From the NCBI GenBank assembly GCA_964627095.1, contig CAZVKH010000005.1, positions 16,067-75,332 of the forward strand: a stretch of 59,266 nt of DNA, written 5' to 3'. The notes beneath the pieces were generated by a model. It ran no database searches. It had not been told where the DNA came from and worked only from the letters and a program-made list of their open reading frames with translations. Source of the DNA: an uncultured Candidatus Saccharibacteria bacterium (GTDB taxonomy: Bacteria; Patescibacteriota; Saccharimonadia; Saccharimonadales; JAUPVS01). Below are positions 35,678 through 44,547 of the stretch, piece after piece. A program made the translations under genes and the position numbers. The first letter of the stretch is position 1; each line of letters starts with the position of its first letter.

Positions 35678-36481
35678 ATGACCACAATCTTCTCATGGAA
35701 CGTCAACGGTATCCGCGCCGTACTTAAAAAGGACACCTTCCATCCGTTCATCAAAAAATATCAGCCCGATATCGTTTGCTTGCAAGAAACCAAAGCCCAC
35801 CAAGATCAAGTGGAGCTAGAGCTACCCGGCTATCACCAATTCTGGAACTCGGCCGAAAAAAAAGGCTATAGCAGTACGGCAATTTTTTCCAAAACCGAAC
35901 CAATTCAGGTCATCAACGGTTTGCCCGAAGACATCATGAAAAAGTATCAAATGGAAGACAACTATGGCGACCCCAACAAAGAAGGCAGGATGATTGCCGC
36001 CGAATTCAACGACTTCTACGTTGTTACCGTCTACACTCCCAACGCCAAAGACGACCTTAGTCGCTTGCCGTTACGAGAAAAACACTGGGATCCAGCCTTT
36101 TTGGAATACTGTAAACAGCTCGAACAATTAAAACCGGTGGTTTTTTGCGGCGACCTCAATGTTGCCCACACTGAAGACGATCTGGCTAACCCCAAACCGA
36201 ATCGCGGCAAAAAAGGTTTTACCGATCAAGAACGGCAGGGCTTTCAGAACTTCTTAGATGCCGGCTTCATAGACACGCTCCGGTTGTTCAAAAAAGGTAA
36301 CGGTTTTTATACTTGGTGGAGCCATTGGGCCAACGCCCGTCAGCGCAACGTCGGCTGGCGTATCGATTATGTTCTGGTGTCGACTAGTCTTAAAAACAAG
36401 GTCGAGAAGGCCGAAATCCACCCCGATGTTATGGGGTCAGATCATTGCCCGGTAAGCATTACACTGGCAACCAAGGCTTGA
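35678..36481 (+). CDS. xth: Exodeoxyribonuclease III (AP endonuclease)
   Basis: SWNVNGIR, CLQETK, GDLNVAH and SDHCPV motifs; 267 aa. Confidence 0.93.
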   Translation: MTTIFSWNVNGIRAVLKKDTFHPFIKKYQPDIVCLQETKAHQDQVELELPGYHQFWNSAEKKGYSSTAIFSKTEPIQVINGLPEDIMKKYQMEDNYGDPNKEGRMIAAEFNDFYVVTVYTPNAKDDLSRLPLREKHWDPAFLEYCKQLEQLKPVVFCGDLNVAHTEDDLANPKPNRGKKGFTDQERQGFQNFLDAGFIDTLRLFKKGNGFYTWWSHWANARQRNVGWRIDYVLVSTSLKNKVEKAEIHPDVMGSDHCPVSITLATKA

Positions 36482-36532
36482 CAAGACCACTTATGCTTAC
36501 TACCATACAGTTAAACAATAAAAAGGCACAAC

Positions 36533-37081
36533 ATGGCAACAAAAAAATCTACAAAAAAGTCAGCTAACAAAAATTCGACACGACTAAGCGGACGCTTCTC
36601 TTCTTTATCCGGGACCAAAAAATTTATTCTGCTAATTGTATTAGCCCTACTATTGAGCCTCTTGGCAGCACCTTTATACTCCAAGTGGAAAACAGACGAC
36701 ATGACCGCCAAGGCTATGACCCTCAATGTACCGGCTGCTAGTGGCGACCAGAACATTCGGTTCGGGCTGTGTTTCTTTGGTAGCGGACCAAACGAGTTGG
36801 CTGTCAGAGCCTACTACGTCAAACCGGGCAACTACTCTAAGGGGATTACCACGCTCAAGTATTATGATGCGGGCAATAGCGGTAACCCCGGTAAGCTACT
36901 CAGCTCACAGGCATCATCGACAGTGTGGTGGGGTAACGAAGTGAAGGGTATGCAGACTGGTTACTCGCTTAAAGCAAATTACTGGATCCAGGTCGGTTAC
37001 ACTGGGGTAAACGGTGACGGTAATGCCGTTAGCGCACGAAGTGCAACCATATTCTTTGGCTATCTCCCTCCTTGCTTATAG
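36533..37081 (+). CDS. Small N-anchored protein, paralog family member 2 (ends ...LPPCL)
   Basis: Lys-rich N-tail, TM helix, YSKWKTDDMTAKA, internal Cys (RFGLC), VWWGNEV and a near-terminal Cys. Confidence 0.7.
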   Translation: MATKKSTKKSANKNSTRLSGRFSSLSGTKKFILLIVLALLLSLLAAPLYSKWKTDDMTAKAMTLNVPAASGDQNIRFGLCFFGSGPNELAVRAYYVKPGNYSKGITTLKYYDAGNSGNPGKLLSSQASSTVWWGNEVKGMQTGYSLKANYWIQVGYTGVNGDGNAVSARSATIFFGYLPPCL

Positions 37082-37092
37082 CATCCTACTGC

Positions 37093-37098
37093 TACACT
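37093..37098 (+). promoter_or_regulatory. Extended -10 box positioned for a leaderless mRNA
   Basis: TGcTACACT lies 6 nt before ATG 37105. Confidence 0.55.
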
Positions 37099-37104
37099 TA
37101 ATAG

Positions 37105-37815
37105 ATGAAGAAGTTCGCGGCCTTTGATATTGACGGCACTCTAATTAGATGGCAGCTTTATCATGCCGTGGTTGACCGACTGGCCAAGCAGGGTAAACTT
37201 GGCGTGACCGCCGAGACCGACCTACACGCCGCCCGTATGAAATGGAAGCGTCGTGAACACCCCGACGGTTTTCGCGCATACGAAATCGCCCTTATCGAAG
37301 TATTCGAAGCGTCGTTCGATCAACTTAAAGCCAGCGACTTTGACATCGCCACTCAGGAAGTCTTTGACGAATACAAACACCAGACTTACGTCTACACCCG
37401 TGATTTAATTAAACTTCTAAAAGGGAAGGGCTATACCTTGCTGGCTATATCCGGGTCGCAGACCGAACTGGTTAAGCACATCGCCGACGCCTACGGCTTT
37501 GATGACTACATTGGTAGCGTCTATCAAAGAGACGGCGACCACTTTAGTGGCCAAAAAACCGTCGCTAGCCACAATAAAAAGGAAGTTTTGGAGCATCTGG
37601 TTGAAAAACATCAGCTGAGTTTTACCGACAGCTGGGCAGTCGGCGATAGCGCCAGTGACGCCAGCATGCTAGCTATGGTGACTAACCCAGTGGCCTTTAA
37701 CCCCGATCAAACTCTTTATAAAGAAGCCAAGCAACAGGGCTGGAAAATAGTACTGGAACGCAAAAACGTCATTTATGAACTCGAGGAGCACCATGGAAAC
37801 TACTTATTGGCGTAA
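37105..37815 (+). CDS. HAD-superfamily hydrolase (subfamily IB, SerB-like)
   Basis: Motif I FDIDGTL, motif II ISGS and motif III/IV K...GDSASD. Confidence 0.85.
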   Translation: MKKFAAFDIDGTLIRWQLYHAVVDRLAKQGKLGVTAETDLHAARMKWKRREHPDGFRAYEIALIEVFEASFDQLKASDFDIATQEVFDEYKHQTYVYTRDLIKLLKGKGYTLLAISGSQTELVKHIADAYGFDDYIGSVYQRDGDHFSGQKTVASHNKKEVLEHLVEKHQLSFTDSWAVGDSASDASMLAMVTNPVAFNPDQTLYKEAKQQGWKIVLERKNVIYELEEHHGNYLLA

Positions 37816-38608
37816 GCAACAAGATCAAGCCTTATTCCCAGACATAGCCTGGAGTAAACCCGAAAATAAACAGCATGCTGGCAAGTTGCTCATCATTGGC
37901 GGCAACCTGCATGGCTTTGCGGCACCGGCCGCAGCCTACCAAGAAGCCCACAAGGCTGGCGTGGGTGTCGCCAAAGTACTTTTACCCGATGCTCTGCAAA
38001 AAACCGTCGGGCGGATTCTGGAGAACGGCGAATACGCACCTAGCACGCCCAGTGGTAGCTTCAATCAAAAGGCCTTAGCCAGCTGGCTCGACTGGTCGCA
38101 GTGGGCCGATGCCATTTTACTGGCCGGTGACCTTGGGCGAAACAGCGAAACTGCCATTACCATTGAGCATTTTGTGGCTAAAACCAATCTGCCGTTAACA
38201 ATCACCAAAGATGCCGTCGACTACTTTTATGCCAACCCCCGCGCCATCACGCAAAGGCCAAAAACTACTTTAGTACTGAGCCTGGCTCAACTTCAAAAAC
38301 TCAACAAACAAATGGGCTCGACCGAACCGCTGTTATTTAGCTTTGGGATCGTTCAGTTAGCCAACTGGCTTCACAGCTTTACCTCAGATAATCCCTGTAC
38401 AGTTGTGGTATACCATCAGCAATCAATTTTGGTAGCCCACCACGGCCAAATAACTTCAACCGAGGTTGGAGAACAAACCATTTGGCGTTTAAAAACCGCC
38501 TCTTGTGGAGCGGTTTGGTGGTTGCATAATCCAACTAAGCCGTTAGAGGCTTTGACAGCCGGTATATTCGAACAATTCAAAACTGATGGTGCCGCAGGTC
38601 GGACTTGA
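37793..38608 (+). CDS. YjeF-C / carbohydrate-kinase-fold-like protein (degenerate)
   Basis: GKLLIIGGNLHGFAAPAAAYQEAHKAGVGVAKVLLP resembles the NAD(P)HX-dehydratase N-terminal pattern, but I could not find the C-terminal GxGD motif. I take ATG 37793 as the start, overlapping the HAD gene by 23 nt. The last 22 nt are antisense to tRNA-Leu. Confidence 0.5.
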   Translation: METTYWRKQQDQALFPDIAWSKPENKQHAGKLLIIGGNLHGFAAPAAAYQEAHKAGVGVAKVLLPDALQKTVGRILENGEYAPSTPSGSFNQKALASWLDWSQWADAILLAGDLGRNSETAITIEHFVAKTNLPLTITKDAVDYFYANPRAITQRPKTTLVLSLAQLQKLNKQMGSTEPLLFSFGIVQLANWLHSFTSDNPCTVVVYHQQSILVAHHGQITSTEVGEQTIWRLKTASCGAVWWLHNPTKPLEALTAGIFEQFKTDGAAGRT

Positions 38609-38673
38609 ACCGACACGGAGTTGCCCCCACGGGATTTTGAGTCCCGCGTGTCTACCAATTCCACCACTGCGGC
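38587..38673 (-). tRNA. tRNA-Leu (anticodon CAA), CCA encoded
   Basis: The reverse complement folds with acceptor GCCGCAG/CTGCGGC, anticodon arm CGGGA-CTCAAAA-TCCCG, a long variable arm, and T-arm TCGGTTCAAGTCCGA. Confidence 0.92.
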
Positions 38674-38783
38674 ACAGGGTTAGGGGTAGAGAACAGGGGT
38701 TATTGTACTACAAACAGATGGAGTACAAAAGGGGTGAATCTGTTATACTTTAATCTGTTAAATCTAGCATAAGCATTCAATAT

Positions 38784-39944
38784 ATGGCCAGCCACAACAA
38801 TATAGCGCCAACCAAGGCTTCAAATAATGACTCCAGCGAACTGGCGGCCGAAGTTATTCGGCAAAAAATCCAATCACTTTATGTCGAAGAGACTAAGGAA
38901 GCCCACGAACCTAGTGCCGCCGCCGAAAAGGCTGAGGTCGCCCATATCCAACATGGCTCGAAACACCAACGCTACATGCAACAACTCAGTAATTCCGGTA
39001 AATCTTTAGAAGAAATCCAGACCGCCTGGCACCAGTACTACACCGGCTTACCAGATGACGAGAAACATCAAGTCTGGCAAGAATTCTATAGTGAGCAGGC
39101 CAAGTCTAAGCAAGCTCAAGCCCCGGAACCAGTCAAGCCAGCCGCTCATCATAAAAAGGCCGGTCAAAAAACCGTTACCCAGCTTAAAAAACAACTCCTA
39201 GGCAAAGCTACAGCGCGTAGTACCAGCAACCTTAAGACAAAGCATCACATCCAATCGATCCTGTTCGGTCTAGGTATTGGTTCGGTGGCTGTTCTCATCA
39301 TGCTGTTTGGCTTCTTTAATGAACGTGTCATCGCGCCGTTTGTCACACCCAGCAAGACCGTTACTAGCACGCCGATTATTAGCAACGGTACCCAGGTTGT
39401 CAGTAGCAACCCGGAAGTGATTATTCCCAAGATTAATGTTCAGATACCAGTTGTCTATGATCAGACCAGTATCAGCGAAGACGATATCCAGAAGTCGCTG
39501 GAGAGCGGCGTGGTTCACTACGCCACCACCTCTTCGCCAGGCGAGCAGGGGAATACCGTAATCTTTGGGCACTCCAGTAACAACATCCTCAATAAAGGTA
39601 AGTATAAGTTCGCCTTTGTTCTGCTCAATCGTTTAGAAGTGGGCGATACCTTTAGCCTTACAAAGGGCGGCAAACAGTACACCTACCGCGTCTACGAAAA
39701 GAAGGTGGTTAAGCCCAATGACGTCAGCGTGCTCGGCCCGGCCAGCAAACCATCCACAGCCACCCTAATAACTTGTGACCCACCAGGGACTTCGATCAAT
39801 CGACTAGTCGTTTTTGGTGAGCAAATCTCGCCCGATCCAACCGTAAACACCGCTAGTACGGCTGTTAAAAGCGACGAAACACCGACCACCGTACCGAGTA
39901 ACGCACCCAGCCTCTGGGAACGTTTAACAAGTATCTTTGGCTAG
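38784..39944 (+). CDS. Sortase-family transpeptidase with long N-terminal extension
   Basis: Catalytic motifs VIFGHSS, TLITCDP and a downstream R (NRLVVFGE). A TM helix ILFGLGIGSVAVLIMLFGFF lies about 165 aa from the N-terminus. Confidence 0.85.
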   Translation: MASHNNIAPTKASNNDSSELAAEVIRQKIQSLYVEETKEAHEPSAAAEKAEVAHIQHGSKHQRYMQQLSNSGKSLEEIQTAWHQYYTGLPDDEKHQVWQEFYSEQAKSKQAQAPEPVKPAAHHKKAGQKTVTQLKKQLLGKATARSTSNLKTKHHIQSILFGLGIGSVAVLIMLFGFFNERVIAPFVTPSKTVTSTPIISNGTQVVSSNPEVIIPKINVQIPVVYDQTSISEDDIQKSLESGVVHYATTSSPGEQGNTVIFGHSSNNILNKGKYKFAFVLLNRLEVGDTFSLTKGGKQYTYRVYEKKVVKPNDVSVLGPASKPSTATLITCDPPGTSINRLVVFGEQISPDPTVNTASTAVKSDETPTTVPSNAPSLWERLTSIFG

Positions 39945-41428
39945 TTATTCTGACCAACGACTAGGTTTGTGCGTTGCAAGGCAAATGAGCCTGCCGGTGC
40001 GTTAGTGGCAGTACGCGGCGCAATTGTGTACAGCAAGCGGTATTGGCGATCGAACATCGGCACCAAGCCGGGCTGATTGGCCAGCAACGTCTGTAGGTTA
40101 GCGCCGTCGTAGTCGACAACAACCATCTTGCCAGAACTGTTTAGTATTAAGCGGTGACCATCCATCCAACTGGCTTTAGGTGAAGCCGCATCGAGTGGAA
40201 GTTTTAAGTCATACTTAAAGCTACGCTGGTGCTCAAAATCATAAACCGCGAACTGCGATCCACTTTGCAAGGCCAGGAACTGAGTATTGGCCGAAAATTC
40301 TAGCCAGTTCGGACTAGGGACACGCAGGATGGTTTCGAGCTCTGGGTTTGGCTTGGTCTGCTTAATCGAATCCTGGGGGTCTTTATAGACGTAAACTCGC
40401 TCATCACTAGCGCCACCGGCCGCCATATACCAGTGACCACCATACTGAGCAAGGTTCAACAAGTAAGTTGGACTGGCTGTGACTTCGCGTAGCAGGTAAG
40501 AACCCGATCTATCGCGCAGCATAATTCGCGTTTTGCCGGCCGTAGCGCCGTCGGCAGTAGCATACAAGATCATATCGCTGCCGTGCGACTTAAAGTCCTG
40601 GACACCAGCCAAAACCGGCTTGACCGTTTTATCGCCATTATTAGCAAGATCGAGTTTAAGTGTCGGCTGGCTGTACAAGTACAACTGGTCAAACGACTTA
40701 TCACGCATGGCGACTTCGGTTGGAGAAACATTAAATGTCTTATTGACGTTAAATGAACTGTTAGGCGTTTCCCGATCAACCATAATAAATTCGCGGCCAC
40801 CCTGGAAGTCGTGCTGCAGCATAAAGTGTCGGTTGTCGGTCGACCACTCCACAACCTTAATATTGTGCTGGGGCGAAACAGTTAGGAGACTGTCTGGCAC
40901 CTTAACAGTAGTGGCCGCGCGCTGGCTGTCATTGGCATCAAACTCATCAAAGGTTGCTACCTGGCCAATCTGTTGAACCAGCATCCAGCGCCGATCCGGA
41001 CTCTGCGTAGACAGAACCGGTGCCGCCGTGTAGGTCTTCTGCTCAACTGGTTTTAAGTCGGTTGGGAATAGAAAAGGATACGTGACGCGCTCGATCGTAC
41101 CACCAGCCAAGCTGATAGTCCGCTTCCAGGTTCGATAACCATTGTTCTTTAGTTCCATCTTATAAACGTCGGATGGTAGCACCAAGCGAGCATCGGCGCG
41201 GGCTTTGTATTGCTTACCGTTCAGATAAACATCAGCCGGTTCGGGTTGGGCGGCCACAAATAATAAGCCGTTCTGAATAATTGCACCAGTTTTACGATCC
41301 AAATCGTAACCATATGACTGAAAGACCAAAATCAGCGTAACCAAAGCAATCGCTACTCCGATAAGGATATATCCGAGGATCAATCTTTTTTTGTGGGCAC
41401 GTTTTTTGTTTGGGTCTAAAAAGTCCAT
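39941..41428 (-). CDS. PEGA-domain membrane-anchored protein with beta-propeller-like C-terminal region
   Basis: N-terminal TM helix LILGYILIGVAIALVTLILVF. PEGA-like segment PEPADVYLNGKQYK...YKMELKNNGYRTWKRTISL. Confidence 0.65.
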   Translation of the reverse strand: MDFLDPNKKRAHKKRLILGYILIGVAIALVTLILVFQSYGYDLDRKTGAIIQNGLLFVAAQPEPADVYLNGKQYKARADARLVLPSDVYKMELKNNGYRTWKRTISLAGGTIERVTYPFLFPTDLKPVEQKTYTAAPVLSTQSPDRRWMLVQQIGQVATFDEFDANDSQRAATTVKVPDSLLTVSPQHNIKVVEWSTDNRHFMLQHDFQGGREFIMVDRETPNSSFNVNKTFNVSPTEVAMRDKSFDQLYLYSQPTLKLDLANNGDKTVKPVLAGVQDFKSHGSDMILYATADGATAGKTRIMLRDRSGSYLLREVTASPTYLLNLAQYGGHWYMAAGGASDERVYVYKDPQDSIKQTKPNPELETILRVPSPNWLEFSANTQFLALQSGSQFAVYDFEHQRSFKYDLKLPLDAASPKASWMDGHRLILNSSGKMVVVDYDGANLQTLLANQPGLVPMFDRQYRLLYTIAPRTATNAPAGSFALQRTNLVVGQNN

Positions 41429-41548
41429 AGCGCTTTTACCAGTTATACCACGTCTGGCGGCTCAGGTCACGACCGAATCGCTAAAGTCGCTAAACCGCTT
41501 GCGGCAATCTCTTACAAGCGGTAAGATACTAACTATAAGGGTAACAAC

Positions 41549-42607
41549 GTGGGACAGACCAAAACAACCATCGAATTAAATGGAAAACTGTATGACGCCA
41601 CTACTGGCAAGGTGGTGTCTTCGGCCGACGCCAGGACCGTCAAACCAGTTGCTAAACCCCAAGCCGTCGATGGCTTTATTCGCCAAACCGGCCATCACCC
41701 CAAGCCAAATCCAACTAAGCCAACCGCTCGCCAACCGGCTGTGCGCCACCCCAACCCAGCCCAGCACAAGCCGCAACGTTCAAACACCTTGATGCGCCAC
41801 GTCGTTCAAAAACCAACCTCTAGCAATCCCGTAAAAGCCAGCTCTCCAAAACCAACCCCGGCGACTTCGGTTAGTAGTCCCAGTAACCGCGACACCCGAG
41901 CCGCCAATGTTACCAAGAGCACGTCCATTAGTCGGTTCGGTCACAGCCAGACAACCCGCCTAACTACCAAAGTAGCCCCACTAGCTGTCAAACCACATCC
42001 CGAGCAACATCATTCCAGCCAAGCCGCTAAACCGGCCAGTGCGGCGACAAAAACCTTCGATAATGCCTTACGTTCAGCCTCTAGCCATACCAAAGGTAAG
42101 CTCAAGAAAAGCCGCGTTCATCACCGCGCCGCTAAAAAACTGGGCATCAGTAGTAACTTGGTGATTGCTAGCACGCTAACTATGTCGTTCGTCCTACTGG
42201 CCGGCTTTGTCGCCTACCAAAATGTACCCAACCTATCGATGCGGATTGCCGCCAATCGAGCTGGTTTTTCGGCCTCATTACCACAGTACACTCCGAGTGG
42301 CTTTGGCGTGGCCGGCCCAATTAAAGCAGCGCCTGGCGCCATTACCGTCAGTTTCCGCTCGCACTCCGACGACCGTAGTTTCGAAGTCACCCAAAAGCCC
42401 TCTAACTGGACCAGCGATTCTTTGCTAAGCAGCTTTGTGGCTACCAACAAACAGTCCTATCAGACTTATCAAGAGAAAGGCAAAACCATCTATATCTATA
42501 ACGGCTCTAATGCCACTTGGGTTAACGGTGGCGTTTGGTATCAGGTCAATGGCAGTAACGCCAACCTCAACAGCGAGCAATTAGTGCGCATCGCCGATAG
42601 CCTCTAA
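41549..42607 (+). CDS. Hypothetical single-pass membrane protein (basic/Pro-rich N-region, DUF4367-like C-domain)
   Basis: GTG start. About 190 aa of K/P/S/T/H-rich low complexity, then the TM helix IASTLTMSFVLLAGFVAY, then a globular C-terminal domain. Confidence 0.55.
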   Translation: MGQTKTTIELNGKLYDATTGKVVSSADARTVKPVAKPQAVDGFIRQTGHHPKPNPTKPTARQPAVRHPNPAQHKPQRSNTLMRHVVQKPTSSNPVKASSPKPTPATSVSSPSNRDTRAANVTKSTSISRFGHSQTTRLTTKVAPLAVKPHPEQHHSSQAAKPASAATKTFDNALRSASSHTKGKLKKSRVHHRAAKKLGISSNLVIASTLTMSFVLLAGFVAYQNVPNLSMRIAANRAGFSASLPQYTPSGFGVAGPIKAAPGAITVSFRSHSDDRSFEVTQKPSNWTSDSLLSSFVATNKQSYQTYQEKGKTIYIYNGSNATWVNGGVWYQVNGSNANLNSEQLVRIADSL

Positions 42608-42625
42608 CAGCGACCCATAATCTGT

Positions 42626-42631
42626 TACAAT
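42626..42631 (+). promoter_or_regulatory. Extended -10 box just upstream of gltX
   Basis: TGtTACAAT lies 9 nt before ATG 42641. Confidence 0.5.
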
Positions 42632-42640
42632 AGGGCAGAT

Positions 42641-44053
42641 ATGTCAAAAACCACCCCCCGCACTCGTTTTGCCCCTAGTCCGACGGGCTATTTGCATGTT
42701 GGTGGTATTAGGACCGCCTTGTTTGCCTGGCTGGTGGCCCGCCAAGGTGGGGGACAGTTCATATTAAGACTAGAAGATACCGACCAAGCCCGCGAAGTCG
42801 AAGGGGCTGGCCAACACATTGTCGACAGTCTACTAGCCCTGGGAATCGATTTTGACGAAGGACCAATTCGCCAAAGTGCCAACCTGGCCATCTACAAAGA
42901 TTACGCCCAAAAATTGATCGACAGTGGCCGTGCTTATGCCGATCCGTACACCGCCCAAGAGGTTCAAGCCTTCCGTGAAGACGCCCAAAAGGCCAAAAAA
43001 CCCTTCCTCTACAGGAACCATCGACCAGCCAATCCACCGGCGTGGGATGGTAGCACACCGCTCCGCTTTAAAGCTGAACCGAAACCGCGTAGCTGGCACG
43101 ATGCCGTTATGGGCGACCTGCAGGCCGGCCCCGAAACCCAAGACGACTTTATCTTAATTAAGTCCGACGGCTACCCAACCTATAACTTCGCCCACATCGT
43201 TGACGATGCCGAAATGAAAATTACCCATGTTATCCGCGGTCAGGAGTTTATAGCCAGCACACCTAACTATATGGCCCTGTACGAGGCACTGGAGCTGCCA
43301 CAGCCCGTTTTAGCCACCATGCCGCACATCTTAGGGCCGGACGGCAATAAGAAGCTCAGCAAGCGCGATGGCGCGAAGGACGTGCTCGACTACATCCGGG
43401 ACGGCTATCTGCCCGAAGCTCTGGTAAGTTTTATCGCCACCTTGGGCTGGAATGATGGCACCGAGCAAGAAGTCTTTACTGTTAAAGAATTAATTCAGAA
43501 ATTTGACCTGTCACGAGTGGGACGATCCGGCGCCCGTTTTGACGATCAACGCTTGTTATGGGTGAACGGCAGCTTCATCCGCGATATGCCACTAGACGAA
43601 CTCTATCAAAAAGTGACTGCTTTCTGGCCGGCCGAGGCTAAAGTTCATGACGACAACTACAAAAAGGCCGTCCTTGGCCTGACCCAAGAAAGGCTGAAAT
43701 ACTTTGCCGAGCTGCCAGCGCTAACCAGCTTCTTCTTTACTGATTTACCAGTCAATCTGGAGCTGATCGACGGCAACAAGCAACTTAAAAAGCTCGACCG
43801 CAGCCAGCAGGTTGAACTGCTCGAACAAGCCCAAACCAGCCTTGAAGCCAGCGATTTCAGCGTTAACGATCTACAGGCAAGGCTCAATCAACTACTAGAG
43901 GATACTGGCCAAAAACCAGGCATTCTATTTAGTCTAATACGCATCGCCACAACTTGGGCGCCAGCCAGCCCCGGCCTAGCTGACACAATGCATGTACTCG
44001 GTAAAGACGCATCTTTAGCGCGTCTTAAAAATAGCCTCAGCGCCTTGCGCTAA
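42641..44053 (+). CDS. gltX: Glutamate--tRNA ligase
   Basis: Class I signatures PSPTGYLHVGG (HIGH) and KLSKR (KMSKS); 470 aa. Confidence 0.95.
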   Translation: MSKTTPRTRFAPSPTGYLHVGGIRTALFAWLVARQGGGQFILRLEDTDQAREVEGAGQHIVDSLLALGIDFDEGPIRQSANLAIYKDYAQKLIDSGRAYADPYTAQEVQAFREDAQKAKKPFLYRNHRPANPPAWDGSTPLRFKAEPKPRSWHDAVMGDLQAGPETQDDFILIKSDGYPTYNFAHIVDDAEMKITHVIRGQEFIASTPNYMALYEALELPQPVLATMPHILGPDGNKKLSKRDGAKDVLDYIRDGYLPEALVSFIATLGWNDGTEQEVFTVKELIQKFDLSRVGRSGARFDDQRLLWVNGSFIRDMPLDELYQKVTAFWPAEAKVHDDNYKKAVLGLTQERLKYFAELPALTSFFFTDLPVNLELIDGNKQLKKLDRSQQVELLEQAQTSLEASDFSVNDLQARLNQLLEDTGQKPGILFSLIRIATTWAPASPGLADTMHVLGKDASLARLKNSLSALR

Positions 44054-44547
44054 CAGGTAGGGACGAAGCCCATAAATACGGTGGCTGTATTGCTGTTATC
44101 GTAGTTGATTTTGACCCAGCCCTTGGCGGCAACCGGCAACTCGATGGCTGTAATCGCACCCCAGTACCAGGCATTGCTATAGGCGGTATCATAAACGGGG
44201 CCTGGTTTACCATCTGTGCCTTCGGAATAAACGGTCAATTTGGCGTAGTTATTACCTGGGTTGGCGTTGCGAGCAACTATGCCGCGCACTCGGGTGCGAC
44301 CGCTTTTATCGACATTCTTACAAACTGCAAAGCTGACGTCTTCGTTCGGGCCCATGCGAGCCACCCTAAAAGCGGCTGCCTTACTCTGCAGATCACGTTG
44401 CTTGAGCTTGGCGTAGCCAGCCGTGCCAGCCACCGCCACAACTAATAGTAAACTAGCACCCAAGAAGATTTTCTGCCAAACCTTTAAGCCGGGCTGCATC
44501 ATGTTGCCCGACTTAGTTGATTTTAGCGGCTTCTTTTTGGCTGGCAC
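44050..44547 (-). CDS. Small N-anchored protein, paralog family member 3 (ends ...VPTC)
   Basis: GTG start overlapping the stop of member 4 by 1 nt (TAGTG). Lys-rich N-tail, TM helix, YAKLKQRDLQSKA, internal Cys (FAVC), WYWGAITAIE and a terminal Cys. Confidence 0.7.
   Translation of the reverse strand: MPAKKKPLKSTKSGNMMQPGLKVWQKIFLGASLLLVVAVAGTAGYAKLKQRDLQSKAAAFRVARMGPNEDVSFAVCKNVDKSGRTRVRGIVARNANPGNNYAKLTVYSEGTDGKPGPVYDTAYSNAWYWGAITAIELPVAAKGWVKINYDNSNTATVFMGFVPTC

Noticed and set aside
38416-38667. 83-aa minus-strand ORF.
   Set aside because: Its 5' part is the tRNA-Leu(CAA) sequence itself and the rest is antisense to the YjeF-C-like gene. It has no start context.
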